Shown one piece after another: positions 1 through 10,021 of a DNA stretch of 64,000 bases. The DNA is taken from assembly GCA_016699695.1 (NCBI GenBank), contig CP065006.1, positions 1,392,521-1,456,520 of the forward strand. Direction: 5' to 3'. Numbering within the stretch: the stretch's first letter is position 1; each line of letters begins with the position of its first letter. This DNA is from Bacteroidota bacterium (GTDB taxonomy: Bacteria; Bacteroidota; Bacteroidia; Bacteroidales; UBA10428). The position numbers and the translations under genes are program-made. The notes beneath the pieces were generated by a model, which worked only from the letters and a program-made list of their open reading frames with translations, was not told the DNA's origin and did no database searches.

Positions 1-33
1 AGCTTAAGTTTGTTTTTTTGAAAAATTATAATT

Positions 34-41
34 TATATTTG
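34..41 (+). promoter_or_regulatory. candidate Bacteroidota -7 promoter box (TAnnTTTG) for the trp leader and operon
   Basis: TATATTTG lies about 20 nt upstream of the leader ATG at 61. A TTTG at about 9-12 could be the -33 element. Confidence 0.4.
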
Positions 42-60
42 CATAAACAACAGAAAAACA

Positions 61-117
61 ATGACAACTAACTTTTGCGCAAATTGGTGGTGGCTGGGAC
101 TTACAGAAACAATGTGA
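61..117 (+). CDS. trp operon leader peptide (18 aa, MTTNFCANWWWLGLTETM) with three consecutive Trp codons
   Basis: A short ORF has TGG TGG TGG at 85-93. It lies directly upstream of an intrinsic terminator and trpE. It is below the size cutoff of the ORF track. Confidence 0.75.
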   Translation: MTTNFCANWWWLGLTETM

Positions 118-150
118 GAAAGACACCTTTTGTGTAAAAACAAAATATAG

Positions 151-188
151 AACGGCCTGTCGAACTCACGACAGGCCGTTTTTAATTT
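151..188 (+). terminator. intrinsic terminator (attenuator) upstream of trpE
   Basis: Perfect 12-bp stem AACGGCCTGTCG / CGACAGGCCGTT (151-162 / 169-180), 6-nt loop, then TTTTTAATTT. Confidence 0.8.
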
Positions 189-223
189 AAACCCAACAGA
201 CAATAACATCGAAAAATATAAGC

Positions 224-1627
224 ATGAAAAAAGTTAAAATTACCTGCATAAGCCGCCAGATGCTCGCCGATGTAATTACCCCGGTAAGCATTTATTTAAG
301 GGCAAGGGAAGAATACCCCAATTCCATACTTCTAGAAAGCTCCGACTACCACGGAAACGAAAACAGCTATTCATTTATCTGTTTGCAACCAATTGCCACA
401 TTTCAGGTACAAGATGGACATTATTTTATTGATTTGCCCAACCAAAATAAGGAGGAAGGAAAAATCAGCCAGCCTTCGGATTTTCGTGACAGATTCAATG
501 ATTTTATTGCCATTTTCGAAACTCATCAAGCTGAGAAATTACCTGTAAATGGCATTTTTGGGTATTGCGAATACGATGCCGTAGAATATTTTGAAACCTT
601 AAAACTAAAGCATGCCCATACAAGTCCTTACAGCATTCCGCAAGTAAGATACAGCATGTATAAATACATCATCGCCATTAACCATTTCAACAATGAACTG
701 CATTTAATTGAAAATCTGGTAGAAGGCGAAAACAGCAGCATCTCGCGAATCGAATCACTCATCAACAGTCAAAACTTTAAAACCTACAGCTTTGCCGCCA
801 TAGAGAACGAAGTTTCGAACCTTACCGACCAGGGTTACATGGATTTGGTTGAAATGGGGAAAAAACATTGCTACCGCGGTGATGTGTTTCAGATTGTACT
901 TTCACGCCAGTATTCGCAAAAATACGAAGGCGATGCTTTTAATGTATACAGGGCCTTGCGCTCGGTAAACCCTTCGCCCTACTTGTTTTATTTCGATTAT
1001 ACCGATTATCAGATTTTTGGGTCATCGCCAGAGGCACAAATAAAAGTTGCCAATAAAAGAGCAGTGATTAACCCCATAGCTGGCACCTTTAAACGCACCG
1101 GCGATGATGCAAAAGATAAACTATTGGCCGAAGAACTGGCAAAGGATAAAAAAGAAAATGCCGAACATGTTATGTTGGTTGACCTGGCCAGAAACGACCT
1201 GAGCCGTTTTACTACTGATGTAAGGGTCGACAGCTACCGCGAAATTCAGTATTACTCGCATGTACTCCACATGGTATCCACGGTATCCGGACAGTTGCGT
1301 AAAGCCGACGATGTGGTGGATATTATGATGTCAACTTTTCCGGCAGGTACACTTTCGGGTGCCCCAAAATACAAAGCCATGCAGCTGATTGACCAATACG
1401 AAAACCAAAACCGTGGATATTATGGTGGGGCAATCGGTTACCTTGGTTTCGATGGCAATTTGAATCATGCCATCATGATACGCACCTTTCTAAGCAAGGC
1501 AAAAACCCTCTACTATCAAGCCGGAGCAGGAATTGTGTCGGTATCAGTCAAAGAGAATGAACTTCAGGAAGTAAACAACAAACTGGGCGCATTAAAAAAA
1601 GCCATTGCCCTTGCCCAAAAAATATAA
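224..1627 (+). CDS. trpE: anthranilate synthase component I
   Basis: 467-aa ORF with chorismate-binding enzyme motifs (NPIAGTFKRTG, GAIGYLGFDGNLNHAIMIRT). It is the first gene after the Trp leader. Confidence 0.95.
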   Translation: MKKVKITCISRQMLADVITPVSIYLRAREEYPNSILLESSDYHGNENSYSFICLQPIATFQVQDGHYFIDLPNQNKEEGKISQPSDFRDRFNDFIAIFETHQAEKLPVNGIFGYCEYDAVEYFETLKLKHAHTSPYSIPQVRYSMYKYIIAINHFNNELHLIENLVEGENSSISRIESLINSQNFKTYSFAAIENEVSNLTDQGYMDLVEMGKKHCYRGDVFQIVLSRQYSQKYEGDAFNVYRALRSVNPSPYLFYFDYTDYQIFGSSPEAQIKVANKRAVINPIAGTFKRTGDDAKDKLLAEELAKDKKENAEHVMLVDLARNDLSRFTTDVRVDSYREIQYYSHVLHMVSTVSGQLRKADDVVDIMMSTFPAGTLSGAPKYKAMQLIDQYENQNRGYYGGAIGYLGFDGNLNHAIMIRTFLSKAKTLYYQAGAGIVSVSVKENELQEVNNKLGALKKAIALAQKI

Positions 1628-1638
1628 TCCATTTTACC

Positions 1639-2217
1639 ATGAAAATATTAGTCATAGACAATTACGACTCCTTCACCTATAACCTGGTACATTACCTCGA
1701 AAACCTTACCCACCAGCATGTAGATGTATTCCGCAACGACCAGATATCGTTAGACGCAGTAGACAATTACGATAAAATTCTTCTTTCTCCGGGACCTGGT
1801 GTGCCGGAAGAAGCAGGAATCTGTCTCGACCTAATCAGACGCTTTGCCCCTACCAAGAGTATTTTGGGGGTGTGCCTTGGGCATCAAGCCATTGGCGAAG
1901 CCTTTGGAGGTACACTTATTAACCTCGACACAGTTTATCATGGAGTGTCTACAGAGATTGGTGTAGTAGCTCCGGAAGACAGGCTGTACAACAAGATACC
2001 AGGGACCTTTGAAGTGGGCCGTTACCACTCCTGGGTAGTGGACCGGGAAAGCTTACCAGAGTGTTTGAAAATTACAAGCCTCGACAACAGGGGGCTAATC
2101 ATGGGCCTTAGCCACAAAGAGTATGATGTGAAAGGGGTTCAATATCATCCTGAGTCAGTACTCACCCAACATGGTATGCAACTGCTCGAAAACTGGCTTG
2201 CTTACCCAACTAACTAA
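1639..2217 (+). CDS. trpG: anthranilate synthase component II (glutamine amidotransferase)
   Basis: 192 aa. It has the class-I GATase catalytic region LGVCLGHQAIG and YHPES. It starts 11 nt after trpE. Confidence 0.93.
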   Translation: MKILVIDNYDSFTYNLVHYLENLTHQHVDVFRNDQISLDAVDNYDKILLSPGPGVPEEAGICLDLIRRFAPTKSILGVCLGHQAIGEAFGGTLINLDTVYHGVSTEIGVVAPEDRLYNKIPGTFEVGRYHSWVVDRESLPECLKITSLDNRGLIMGLSHKEYDVKGVQYHPESVLTQHGMQLLENWLAYPTN

Positions 2218-2252
2218 AGTACTGCATTGTTTATTCACTATCAACGAAAGAA

Positions 2253-3248
2253 ATGAAGGACACACTGCGATATTTATTTGCTCACCAGACATTGTTCAGA
2301 GAACAGGCGAAGGATACGCTAAAGAGTATTAGCCAGGGTTTTTATTCCGAAGCTGAAATAGCTGCATTTATCACCGTATATCTCATGCGCCCCATTACCC
2401 CGGACGAGTTGGCTGGTTTTCGCGATGCCTTGCTCGATTTATGCATTCCGGCAGATTGTTCAGATTACAATACCATCGACGTTTGTGGCACAGGAGGCGA
2501 CGAAAAGAACACTTTTAACATCTCCACAGCCACAGCTTTTATTCTGGCAGGTGCAGGCATCAAAGTGGTAAAGCATGGCAATTATAGCGCCTCGTCGGTT
2601 TGCGGATCGTCGAACTTACTCGAACACTTAGGATACCGGTTTTCGAACGAGGCAGGGAAAATCCGCAAAGAACTGGAACAAACTAATTTCTGTTACCTGC
2701 ATGCCCCGCTGTTTCATCCAGCCATGAAACAGGTAGGCCCGGTAAGAAAATCACTTGGAGTAAGAACCTTTTTTAACTTGCTTGGGCCAATGGTAAATCC
2801 AGCCCGTCCACAAAACCAGCTGGTAGGCGTATACAACCAGGAGGTAATGGAACTGTATCATCATGTGTACAAAACTTCAGGGTTGAATTATACACTTCTA
2901 CACAATCTTGATGGGTACGATGAGATATCCCTCACCAATCCCTTTCGGGTAATCTCCCAATTCGATGACCGGGTTTTTTCTCCGGAAGATATCCAATTGA
3001 CCACCGTTCATCCTGTAGATTTAGCAGGTGGCAAGAATATTGAAGACTCAGCGAAACTATTTATACATATTTTGGAAGGGAATGGAACAAAGGTTCAAAA
3101 CGACGTAGTTTCGGCCAATGCTGCCTTTGGAATCAAATGCATGTATCCTGAAAAAAGTATTGAAGAATGCCTGGCAACAGTCCGCGAAAGTTTGGAAAAA
3201 GGCAAAGCTTTGGCCGCATTAAAAAAACTTATTAAACTTCAACCCTAA
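2253..3248 (+). CDS. trpD: anthranilate phosphoribosyltransferase
   Basis: 331 aa with the VCGTGGDEKNTFNIST and KHGN motifs. Confidence 0.93.
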   Translation: MKDTLRYLFAHQTLFREQAKDTLKSISQGFYSEAEIAAFITVYLMRPITPDELAGFRDALLDLCIPADCSDYNTIDVCGTGGDEKNTFNISTATAFILAGAGIKVVKHGNYSASSVCGSSNLLEHLGYRFSNEAGKIRKELEQTNFCYLHAPLFHPAMKQVGPVRKSLGVRTFFNLLGPMVNPARPQNQLVGVYNQEVMELYHHVYKTSGLNYTLLHNLDGYDEISLTNPFRVISQFDDRVFSPEDIQLTTVHPVDLAGGKNIEDSAKLFIHILEGNGTKVQNDVVSANAAFGIKCMYPEKSIEECLATVRESLEKGKALAALKKLIKLQP

Positions 3249-3258
3249 TATCATAGGC

Positions 3259-4044
3259 ATGACGATTCTTGACGAAATAATATCCTACAAAAGAAAAGAA
3301 GTAGCCAGTTGTAAAGAGTTAATCAGCACTGCAGAGCTCGAGCAGATGGTGCTATTTCAACGTCCGGTCCTGAGCATGAAAGAATCGATACAAAAAAAGG
3401 GACCCAATGCCATTATCGCTGAGTTTAAACGACAATCACCTTCGAAAGGTGTCATTAACAACAAGGTAAAGGTCGAAGAGGTAACCAAAGCCTATTCGCA
3501 AGCCGGAGCCGCTGCTATTTCGGTGCTTACCGATTTTAATTTTTTTGGGGGTAGCATCGACGATCTGGTCGCAGCACGCAGGCAAGTAAATATTCCCTTG
3601 CTTCGCAAAGAGTTTATCATCGACGAATACCAGCTTATCGAAGCAAAAGCCTATGGTGCTGATGCCATCCTGCTTATTGCCGCGGTGCTTTCAGCTGAAG
3701 AAATTCAATCGCTCTATGCATTTGCAAAACAACTTGGACTGGAAGTTTTGCTGGAAATACATAACGAAGAAGAACTCGACAAAATAAACAGCAATGCCGA
3801 TCTGGTGGGTATCAACAACCGTAACCTGAAAACCTTTGAGGTAAACATCGAAAACTCAATTCGACTTGCTAGCATGCTGCCGGCCGATATGCCAAAAATT
3901 GCCGAGAGTGGCATCCATTCTGTTGATATTATCCAGCTATTACAAAAAAAAGGTTTTGATGGTTTTCTCATGGGCGAAAACTTTATGAAGACCGAGAACC
4001 CAGGCATGGCTTTTCAAACTTTTATGCAACAGCTTAAGGAATGA
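3259..4044 (+). CDS. trpC: indole-3-glycerol phosphate synthase
   Basis: 261 aa with the IAEFKRQSPSKG and NNRNL motifs. Confidence 0.93.
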   Translation: MTILDEIISYKRKEVASCKELISTAELEQMVLFQRPVLSMKESIQKKGPNAIIAEFKRQSPSKGVINNKVKVEEVTKAYSQAGAAAISVLTDFNFFGGSIDDLVAARRQVNIPLLRKEFIIDEYQLIEAKAYGADAILLIAAVLSAEEIQSLYAFAKQLGLEVLLEIHNEEELDKINSNADLVGINNRNLKTFEVNIENSIRLASMLPADMPKIAESGIHSVDIIQLLQKKGFDGFLMGENFMKTENPGMAFQTFMQQLKE

Positions 4045-4682
4045 GACGCACTTTAAAAATAAAAGTCTGTGGCATGCGCGATGCTGCCAATATTGGTCAG
4101 GTTGCGGAATTAAAACCCGACTACCTGGGACTTATTTTTTACCCCAAATCGCCCCGATATGTCGAAGACTCTCTGGCACCGGCCATTCGCCAGACTATCC
4201 CTGATAACACCACACTAACAGGCGTCTTTGTCAACGAACTCCTGCCGGAAATAATTCGCAAATCGAACCTCTTTGGCTTTAAATGGATTCAGTTGCATGG
4301 AAACGAAAGCCCAGATTATTGTATGCAGTTGCAGGAACTCGGATTCACCCTTATTAAGGCTTTTGGGGTGAACGAACAATTCAATTTCAAGAAACTGGAT
4401 TCGTATCAGCAGGCCTGCACTTATTTTTTGTTCGATACCCGCTCGGAAGCGCACGGTGGCACCGGCAAGAAATTCGATTGGATGTTGTTGAAGCAATATT
4501 CCGGCGAGAAACCTTTCTTTTTAAGCGGAGGAATAGAGGCGAGCGATGCCCAGTCCATTCTATCCCTGACACTGGTGAACCTTTTCGCTATTGACATCAA
4601 CAGCCGGTTCGAAATGGAGCCCGGAATGAAAGATATACCCAAACTTCGGAAATTTTTCAAAGAAATACGTACCCATGAATAA
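4041..4682 (+). CDS. trpF: phosphoribosylanthranilate isomerase
   Basis: 213 aa with the KVCGM N-terminus. A 4-nt ATGA overlap with the trpC stop suggests translational coupling. Confidence 0.9.
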   Translation: MRRTLKIKVCGMRDAANIGQVAELKPDYLGLIFYPKSPRYVEDSLAPAIRQTIPDNTTLTGVFVNELLPEIIRKSNLFGFKWIQLHGNESPDYCMQLQELGFTLIKAFGVNEQFNFKKLDSYQQACTYFLFDTRSEAHGGTGKKFDWMLLKQYSGEKPFFLSGGIEASDAQSILSLTLVNLFAIDINSRFEMEPGMKDIPKLRKFFKEIRTHE

Positions 4683-5874
4683 ATACACAGTAGATAAAGA
4701 CGGCTTTTATGGTGAATTTGGGGGAGCCTACATCCCTGAGATGATGTACCGCAACATCACTGAATTGCAACATCGTTACCTCGAAATTATGGCCAGCAGC
4801 AGTTTTAAAAAAGAATTCGATGTGCTGATGCGCGACTTTGTCGGTCGCCCCTCACCGCTCTATTTCGCCCGCAGACTTTCTGCCAAATACAATACCAGGG
4901 TTTACATTAAGCGAGAGGACCTGAACCATACCGGATCGCACAAACTAAACAACACCATCGGTCAGATTCTTATCGCTCGTCAACTGGGCAAAACACGCAT
5001 CATTGCCGAAACAGGGGCCGGACAACATGGAGTGGCTACTGCCACCGTTTGCGCCCTCTTTGGTATGCAATGCGTAGTTTATATGGGCGAGGTGGATGTG
5101 AAACGGCAGATGCCCAATGTGCTGCGCATGAAAATGCTGGGTGCCGAAGTAATACCCGCCACCAGTGGCAATAAAACTCTAAAGGATGCTACCAACGAGG
5201 CCTTACGCGACTGGATTAACCATCCGATCGATACCCATTATATCATTGGTTCAGTAGTGGGGCCACACCCTTACCCCGACCTGGTAGCGCGCCTTCAATC
5301 AGTTATCAGCGAAGAAATACGCTGGCAGCTAAAAGAGCACGAGGGGCGCGAAACTCCTGACTATGTGCTTGCCTGCGTGGGTGGTGGCAGCAATGCTGCC
5401 GGGGCTTTCTATCACTTTCTCGACGATGAAAAGGTAACACTGGTAGGTGCCGAAGCAGCAGGGCTGGGAGTTGAAAAAGCCGAAGAGACAGCGGCTACAC
5501 TTACAATCGGATCGCCGGGAGTTTTGCACAGCGCACATACCATGCTCATGCAAACTTCCGATGGCCAGATAATTGAGCCTTATTCCATCTCTGCGGGCCT
5601 TGATTACCCGGGAGTTGGCCCTCTGCATGCCCACTTGTTTAAAACGGGCCGCGGAAAATACTATCCGGTAACTGACGATGAGGCCCTCAAGGCAGCCTTT
5701 ATGCTTGCAAAACTCGAAGGTATTATACCCGCTTTGGAGTCGGCTCATGCATTTGCCCTACTCGAAAAAATGACTTTTAATCAAAAGGATATAGTTGTGA
5801 TAAACCTTTCGGGTAGGGGCGACAAGGATATGCAGACCTATATTGATGCAATGAATATACAAAACAAGGGATAG
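4675..5874 (+). CDS. trpB: tryptophan synthase beta chain
   Basis: 399 aa with the PLP-lysine motif HTGSHKLNN and GGGSNA. It overlaps trpF by 8 nt. Confidence 0.96.
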   Translation: MNKYTVDKDGFYGEFGGAYIPEMMYRNITELQHRYLEIMASSSFKKEFDVLMRDFVGRPSPLYFARRLSAKYNTRVYIKREDLNHTGSHKLNNTIGQILIARQLGKTRIIAETGAGQHGVATATVCALFGMQCVVYMGEVDVKRQMPNVLRMKMLGAEVIPATSGNKTLKDATNEALRDWINHPIDTHYIIGSVVGPHPYPDLVARLQSVISEEIRWQLKEHEGRETPDYVLACVGGGSNAAGAFYHFLDDEKVTLVGAEAAGLGVEKAEETAATLTIGSPGVLHSAHTMLMQTSDGQIIEPYSISAGLDYPGVGPLHAHLFKTGRGKYYPVTDDEALKAAFMLAKLEGIIPALESAHAFALLEKMTFNQKDIVVINLSGRGDKDMQTYIDAMNIQNKG

Positions 5875-5916
5875 CCCAGGCTCCCAAAAAGCTTATCCTG
5901 CATTATACCAAGAAAT

Positions 5917-6696
5917 ATGAACAGACTCAATCAACTTTTTCAGCATAAAAAACACAATCTCCTCTCGGTCTATTTTTCTGCAGGCCACCCAAATCTGCAC
6001 GATACAACCGAAATATTATTGTCGCTCGATAAGGCCGGAGCCGATATTGTCGAGATAGGAATTCCATTTTCCGATCCGGTAGCAGACGGACCTGTTATAC
6101 AACGTAGCAGTCATCAGGCACTTCAGAATGGCATGAGTCTTTCGTTGTTGTTTGAACAATTAAAAGATATACGAAAAAAAACACAGATACCCATTGTGCT
6201 CATGGGTTACCTGAACCCTGTATTGCAATTTGGTATTGAGGCCTTTTGCAAAAAGTGCCAGGAAACAGGTATCGACGGTGTCATTTTGCCAGATCTTCCG
6301 CCAGCTTTGTATCAGCAGCGATACCAGCCATACTTCGAAGAAACCGACCTGGCAAACATCTTGTTGGTTCCCCCGCAAACCGACGATGCACGCATCCTCG
6401 AACTCGACAAGTTGTCGAAAGGTTTTCTATACATTGTGGCTGCCTCTTCTACTACCGGCACCAAAAAAGGATTTGAACCCTATCAGATCGAATATTTTAA
6501 CCGTCTGAAAAAACTAAATCTTAAAACACCTACCCTCATCGGTTTTGGCATTTCTGACCATCAAAGCTTTCAGGAGGCATGCCGTTATGGCAATGGTGCT
6601 ATTATTGGGTCGGCATTTATTCAAGCCCTGGAAAAAGAAGGTTCGTTGAAGGGAAAAATTGAGTCGTTTATCGGGACAATTAAATCGGATTTATAA
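5917..6696 (+). CDS. trpA: tryptophan synthase alpha chain
   Basis: 259 aa with the EIGIPFSDPVADGPVIQ and GFGIS motifs. Confidence 0.95.
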   Translation: MNRLNQLFQHKKHNLLSVYFSAGHPNLHDTTEILLSLDKAGADIVEIGIPFSDPVADGPVIQRSSHQALQNGMSLSLLFEQLKDIRKKTQIPIVLMGYLNPVLQFGIEAFCKKCQETGIDGVILPDLPPALYQQRYQPYFEETDLANILLVPPQTDDARILELDKLSKGFLYIVAASSTTGTKKGFEPYQIEYFNRLKKLNLKTPTLIGFGISDHQSFQEACRYGNGAIIGSAFIQALEKEGSLKGKIESFIGTIKSDL

Positions 6697-6769
6697 TAAG
6701 TGGATATATTCGATGCAATATTTTCAGCTGAACTTAAACAAGCACCACTTCAAATAAACTTCCTGCCAG

Positions 6770-7915
6770 ATGATGACGGTATTTAAAATACGCTTTATTT
6801 ACTTGTTTCTCTATATGGCTTTTGCTGTATGGAGAGTCTATTACAATATTTTTCTGGAGCAGGAGGGTTTTACAGGTACACAAATCGGCACACTGAATGC
6901 CATTATGCAAGGAAGTATTTTTCTGGTTGTCACTCTTTGGGGAGTGTATGCCGACCATCATGGGATCAGACCAACTTTACGCATTGGGGTTTTGGTCACT
7001 GCTGTGTTTATCTTCTTTCTCGGAAATGTAACAAGTTTTGCTGCCCTTTTAATTTATATACCGCTCTTATCGTTCTTTTACCATCCGATGGGGCCGCTCA
7101 CCGATGCTCTTGCCATGCAGTATGCCGAAACCGAAAAGAAACATTCTTATGGCAGTTTCAGGTTATGGGGTTCATTAGGTTGGGCACTTGCTTCGATACT
7201 GGGTGGTTTTTTGTTTGCAAAGCTCCCCCTTAATAATATTTTCCCCTTGTCGGCGCTATTGTTTCTTTTTGCAATACCCTTTTTAACGACCCGTAAAAGA
7301 AAAAGAGTGTTTAAACCAAATTTTGAACGTCTTCACTTTAGAGAATTACTTAAGAATAAGCCTCTCATGTGGTTTACGGCTTTAGTAGCACTTTATGGTA
7401 TAATTTGTTCGCCGGTAAACTCGTTTCTGAATCTGTATTTTTCGTCAATTGATGCATCCAATAACACCATAGGTTATGCATATGCCATCATGGCACTTAG
7501 CGAAATACCACTATTTATAATTGGTAACCGATTGCTAAAAAAAATAGGCCTGCATAGGCTTATACTCATCGGCATGCTCACTATGTTCATCCGTTTCTTG
7601 TTGTATGGTAGTTTCCCAACCATAGCTGTAGCACTGGCTACTGGTGCTCTTCAGGGGGTTTCGCTGGCTTTTTTTCTGGTAGGCGCCATCGAATACATTG
7701 GCAAAATTATGCCCCCCGGCAAACAGGCCACCGGGCAATCAATTATTTGGGGAAGCTACCTGGGGATAGGACAAACAGCCGGTAACCTGCTAATCGGATT
7801 CTTAATGGACAAAATTGGAATGGTGTCGGTGATGCAGGTCTTTATCGCAGCATCGGCTCTCTGTCTGTTGATGGCTTTCTGGTTTTTTAAAATTCATCGC
7901 CACCCGGGAGGTTGA
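6770..7915 (+). CDS. MFS-type transporter (substrate unknown)
   Basis: 381 aa and highly hydrophobic, with about 11-12 predicted TM helices. It is on the same strand, 73 nt after trpA. Confidence 0.75.
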   Translation: MMTVFKIRFIYLFLYMAFAVWRVYYNIFLEQEGFTGTQIGTLNAIMQGSIFLVVTLWGVYADHHGIRPTLRIGVLVTAVFIFFLGNVTSFAALLIYIPLLSFFYHPMGPLTDALAMQYAETEKKHSYGSFRLWGSLGWALASILGGFLFAKLPLNNIFPLSALLFLFAIPFLTTRKRKRVFKPNFERLHFRELLKNKPLMWFTALVALYGIICSPVNSFLNLYFSSIDASNNTIGYAYAIMALSEIPLFIIGNRLLKKIGLHRLILIGMLTMFIRFLLYGSFPTIAVALATGALQGVSLAFFLVGAIEYIGKIMPPGKQATGQSIIWGSYLGIGQTAGNLLIGFLMDKIGMVSVMQVFIAASALCLLMAFWFFKIHRHPGG

Positions 7916-7966
7916 TTTGATCAAAAGTTCCTGAAAAAACGGTAAAAAAGAAGTTGTGCCGAACTC

Positions 7967-8341
7967 CTACCAACCTGCCAACAACCAATTCAATGCAGCA
8001 GTGCGGGTTGCAAAAACCATGTGCTGGTAGCCCGGAATTTCCTGATCCACCTCCAAAGCCATTGAAAATGCCGTTTCCATAGGTCTTTGGTGTATCACGG
8101 CTGTTCTTACTGAGGTGTAAGAACTAAGTTGCTCTTTTAGGGTATCGAGAATGATGGAAGTATCAGAGATTTCAAACCGGTAATTTGCCTTGGTGGCATC
8201 GGTTAAAATAAGCAAATTGCGCGGAAGCGAACCATCGTTTTTAATTTTCTCTCCGTATTCAATCAATTGGTTCAGATCCACCTCGCCACTGTATTCCACT
8301 TCGAGAATCTGAAGGTTATTATTGAATTGATAGCTTATCAT
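7967..8341 (-). CDS. hypothetical protein (possibly a STAS/SpoIIAA-like fold)
   Basis: 124-aa ORF with no competing ORF. The fold assignment is only an impression from the alternating beta/alpha pattern. Confidence 0.5.
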   Translation of the reverse strand: MISYQFNNNLQILEVEYSGEVDLNQLIEYGEKIKNDGSLPRNLLILTDATKANYRFEISDTSIILDTLKEQLSSYTSVRTAVIHQRPMETAFSMALEVDQEIPGYQHMVFATRTAALNWLLAGW

Positions 8342-8452
8342 TCTGCCTCATAATTGCTTTTCAAATATAGCGTATTATGCTCAAGAAATCTGATCAAATT
8401 GGTTCGAAAGACGAATTCATTTCAAGTCTGCAAAACCGAAATGCCTTCCTGA

Positions 8453-8881
8453 TTATTCTACAAAGTTAAGTACAAGGTTATTCTCTCGACAGAATACATC
8501 AATATCGTATTGGGTTAAAAAAGTCGGCATATTGAATAAAACATTGGCTCCCTGCAGATGCTCCTGGATCCAATCGACCCCATACCAGGTAATCGTATCG
8601 CCGGCAGGAAGACTGCGTAAAAGCATTTTTAACTCTTCGCGACTCGTTACCGCATATTCATTGGCTAATACCTCTTCGGTGGTTTTATAGCGGCTGGTTG
8701 CAACCACTAACGAGAAACGCAAATCGCCATTTGCATCCCAGGAATAAAGCTCCCAACCCACATCGTGTGCCTCAAGTATAAGGGAATCGGGAATTGTCAA
8801 CTCGCGAACATCCAACAGGGGTTCTTTGGTGCAGGAAATCAGAACAGAAGTCAATAGAATTAAAAGTATAAAACCTCGCAT
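8453..8881 (-). CDS. hypothetical lipoprotein
   Basis: 142 aa with a signal peptide and lipobox (LLTSVLISC). Confidence 0.6.
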   Translation of the reverse strand: MRGFILLILLTSVLISCTKEPLLDVRELTIPDSLILEAHDVGWELYSWDANGDLRFSLVVATSRYKTTEEVLANEYAVTSREELKMLLRSLPAGDTITWYGVDWIQEHLQGANVLFNMPTFLTQYDIDVFCRENNLVLNFVE

Positions 8882-8977
8882 GGCGATTTCTTTTTTTATG
8901 TTGCAATTACTGATCTTAAACGGTTCGCATGTGCGAATTGTTGCAGCGAAATTAATCGGATTTACTTTACTCGCAAG

Positions 8978-10021
8978 CTATTGCATAAGCTGGGCGTTGA
9001 GGATTTCTTCCTCGCGTATCCTGGCCTGTATGTCGTTATAATATCCGTTGGCATCTTTGTCGTTGTAATCGACATAGGCTCTGCGCGCCCATTCGCTGGC
9101 TTTTTGCAAATCGCCCAGCACTTCCCATGCTACTGCAATGTTAAAAGCTGCCTCGTTGTATGCTTTTTTGTCTTTCTTGTGGTTGCTCTCCAAGACCATG
9201 GTCCACGATTCGATGGCTCCTTTCCAGTCGGCAACTTCAGACCTGCGCACACCCTGCTGCAGGTTTTTACTCTTTTTTGGCTTGTTGTAAAAATAACGTG
9301 TAACGCTCGTAATCCAGGGCGAAATGCGTTTACCATAGAATAAGCCCAAGTCGTAACTTACCTGGTTAACGATCTCTACTTTGCTTAAAACGGTATTCAC
9401 AGCCGATTCTGCCGAATAAACCGACGAGTTTAAATCGATATATTCGGTGGTGCGATACTCATCGGTAATTTTTTGTTCCCGGGGATCGTAGATGCGTAAA
9501 CCAATGTTAAGGGTCACTGTTCCGCTTGTATTGATGGAAGTCGTGTTCACATTCGGTGTCTTTATAGTTCCCATGTTGAAAGGAATACCGGTGACCATGT
9601 AATCGGAGTCGAACACTTCAATGGCCATTACTGCATCGGCGTTGTATTTCTCGCAATACTTTTTCACTGCATCCCAGTCCAGTGGTTTCGGAAAGGTGTT
9701 TTTAGTTCCCCCTCCTTCGTAACGCTCCCCGGACCGGATGACGGTGATGCGGCCGTAGGATGAACAAAGTTCTACTATGCCTTCGATGTATTTTCCGATT
9801 GCTTGCTCGTCCTGAGCAAACACCTCGCCAGTAAGTACTTTCTCTATTTTGGTTCCGGAATTGACTGGCAATAATGTGCCATCAATGACAACAATTGACC
9901 GGATATGCGAGGGAAGTGGCGCCAGGGCAGGTTTGGTAGTGTTAACACTAACCCAAGCATTGTTCTGCAAAAGAAAAAATGCTGCTGCCAGAAATAAGGT
10001 TGTTCTAATTTGTTTCATCAT
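8978..10021 (-). CDS. hypothetical exported protein with a TPR-like C-terminus
   Basis: The ORF track starts at a GTG at 10054. I prefer the ATG at 10021, which gives MMKQIRTTLFLAAAFFLLQ as a signal peptide. The C-terminal helical repeat is AAFNIAVAWEVLGDLQKASEWARRAY. Confidence 0.6.
   Translation of the reverse strand: MMKQIRTTLFLAAAFFLLQNNAWVSVNTTKPALAPLPSHIRSIVVIDGTLLPVNSGTKIEKVLTGEVFAQDEQAIGKYIEGIVELCSSYGRITVIRSGERYEGGGTKNTFPKPLDWDAVKKYCEKYNADAVMAIEVFDSDYMVTGIPFNMGTIKTPNVNTTSINTSGTVTLNIGLRIYDPREQKITDEYRTTEYIDLNSSVYSAESAVNTVLSKVEIVNQVSYDLGLFYGKRISPWITSVTRYFYNKPKKSKNLQQGVRRSEVADWKGAIESWTMVLESNHKKDKKAYNEAAFNIAVAWEVLGDLQKASEWARRAYVDYNDKDANGYYNDIQARIREEEILNAQLMQ

Larger units (their letters stand above)
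61..190 (+). promoter_or_regulatory. ribosome-mediated Trp attenuator (Bacteroid-trp-type leader)
   Basis: A leader ORF with WWW is followed by a terminator hairpin, then trpE 34 nt further downstream. Confidence 0.7.

Noticed and set aside
1831-2028. Many short ORFs in the track are nested in or antisense to long, well-supported genes. Examples are 1831-2028, 3714-4007, 4215-4660, 5329-5748, 28687-29232, 39396-40836, 42184-43812 and 57441-58106.
   Set aside because: They lie entirely within strongly supported CDSs on the opposite strand or in another frame. They have low-complexity or Cys/Arg-rich translations and no start-site context. They are shadow ORFs.
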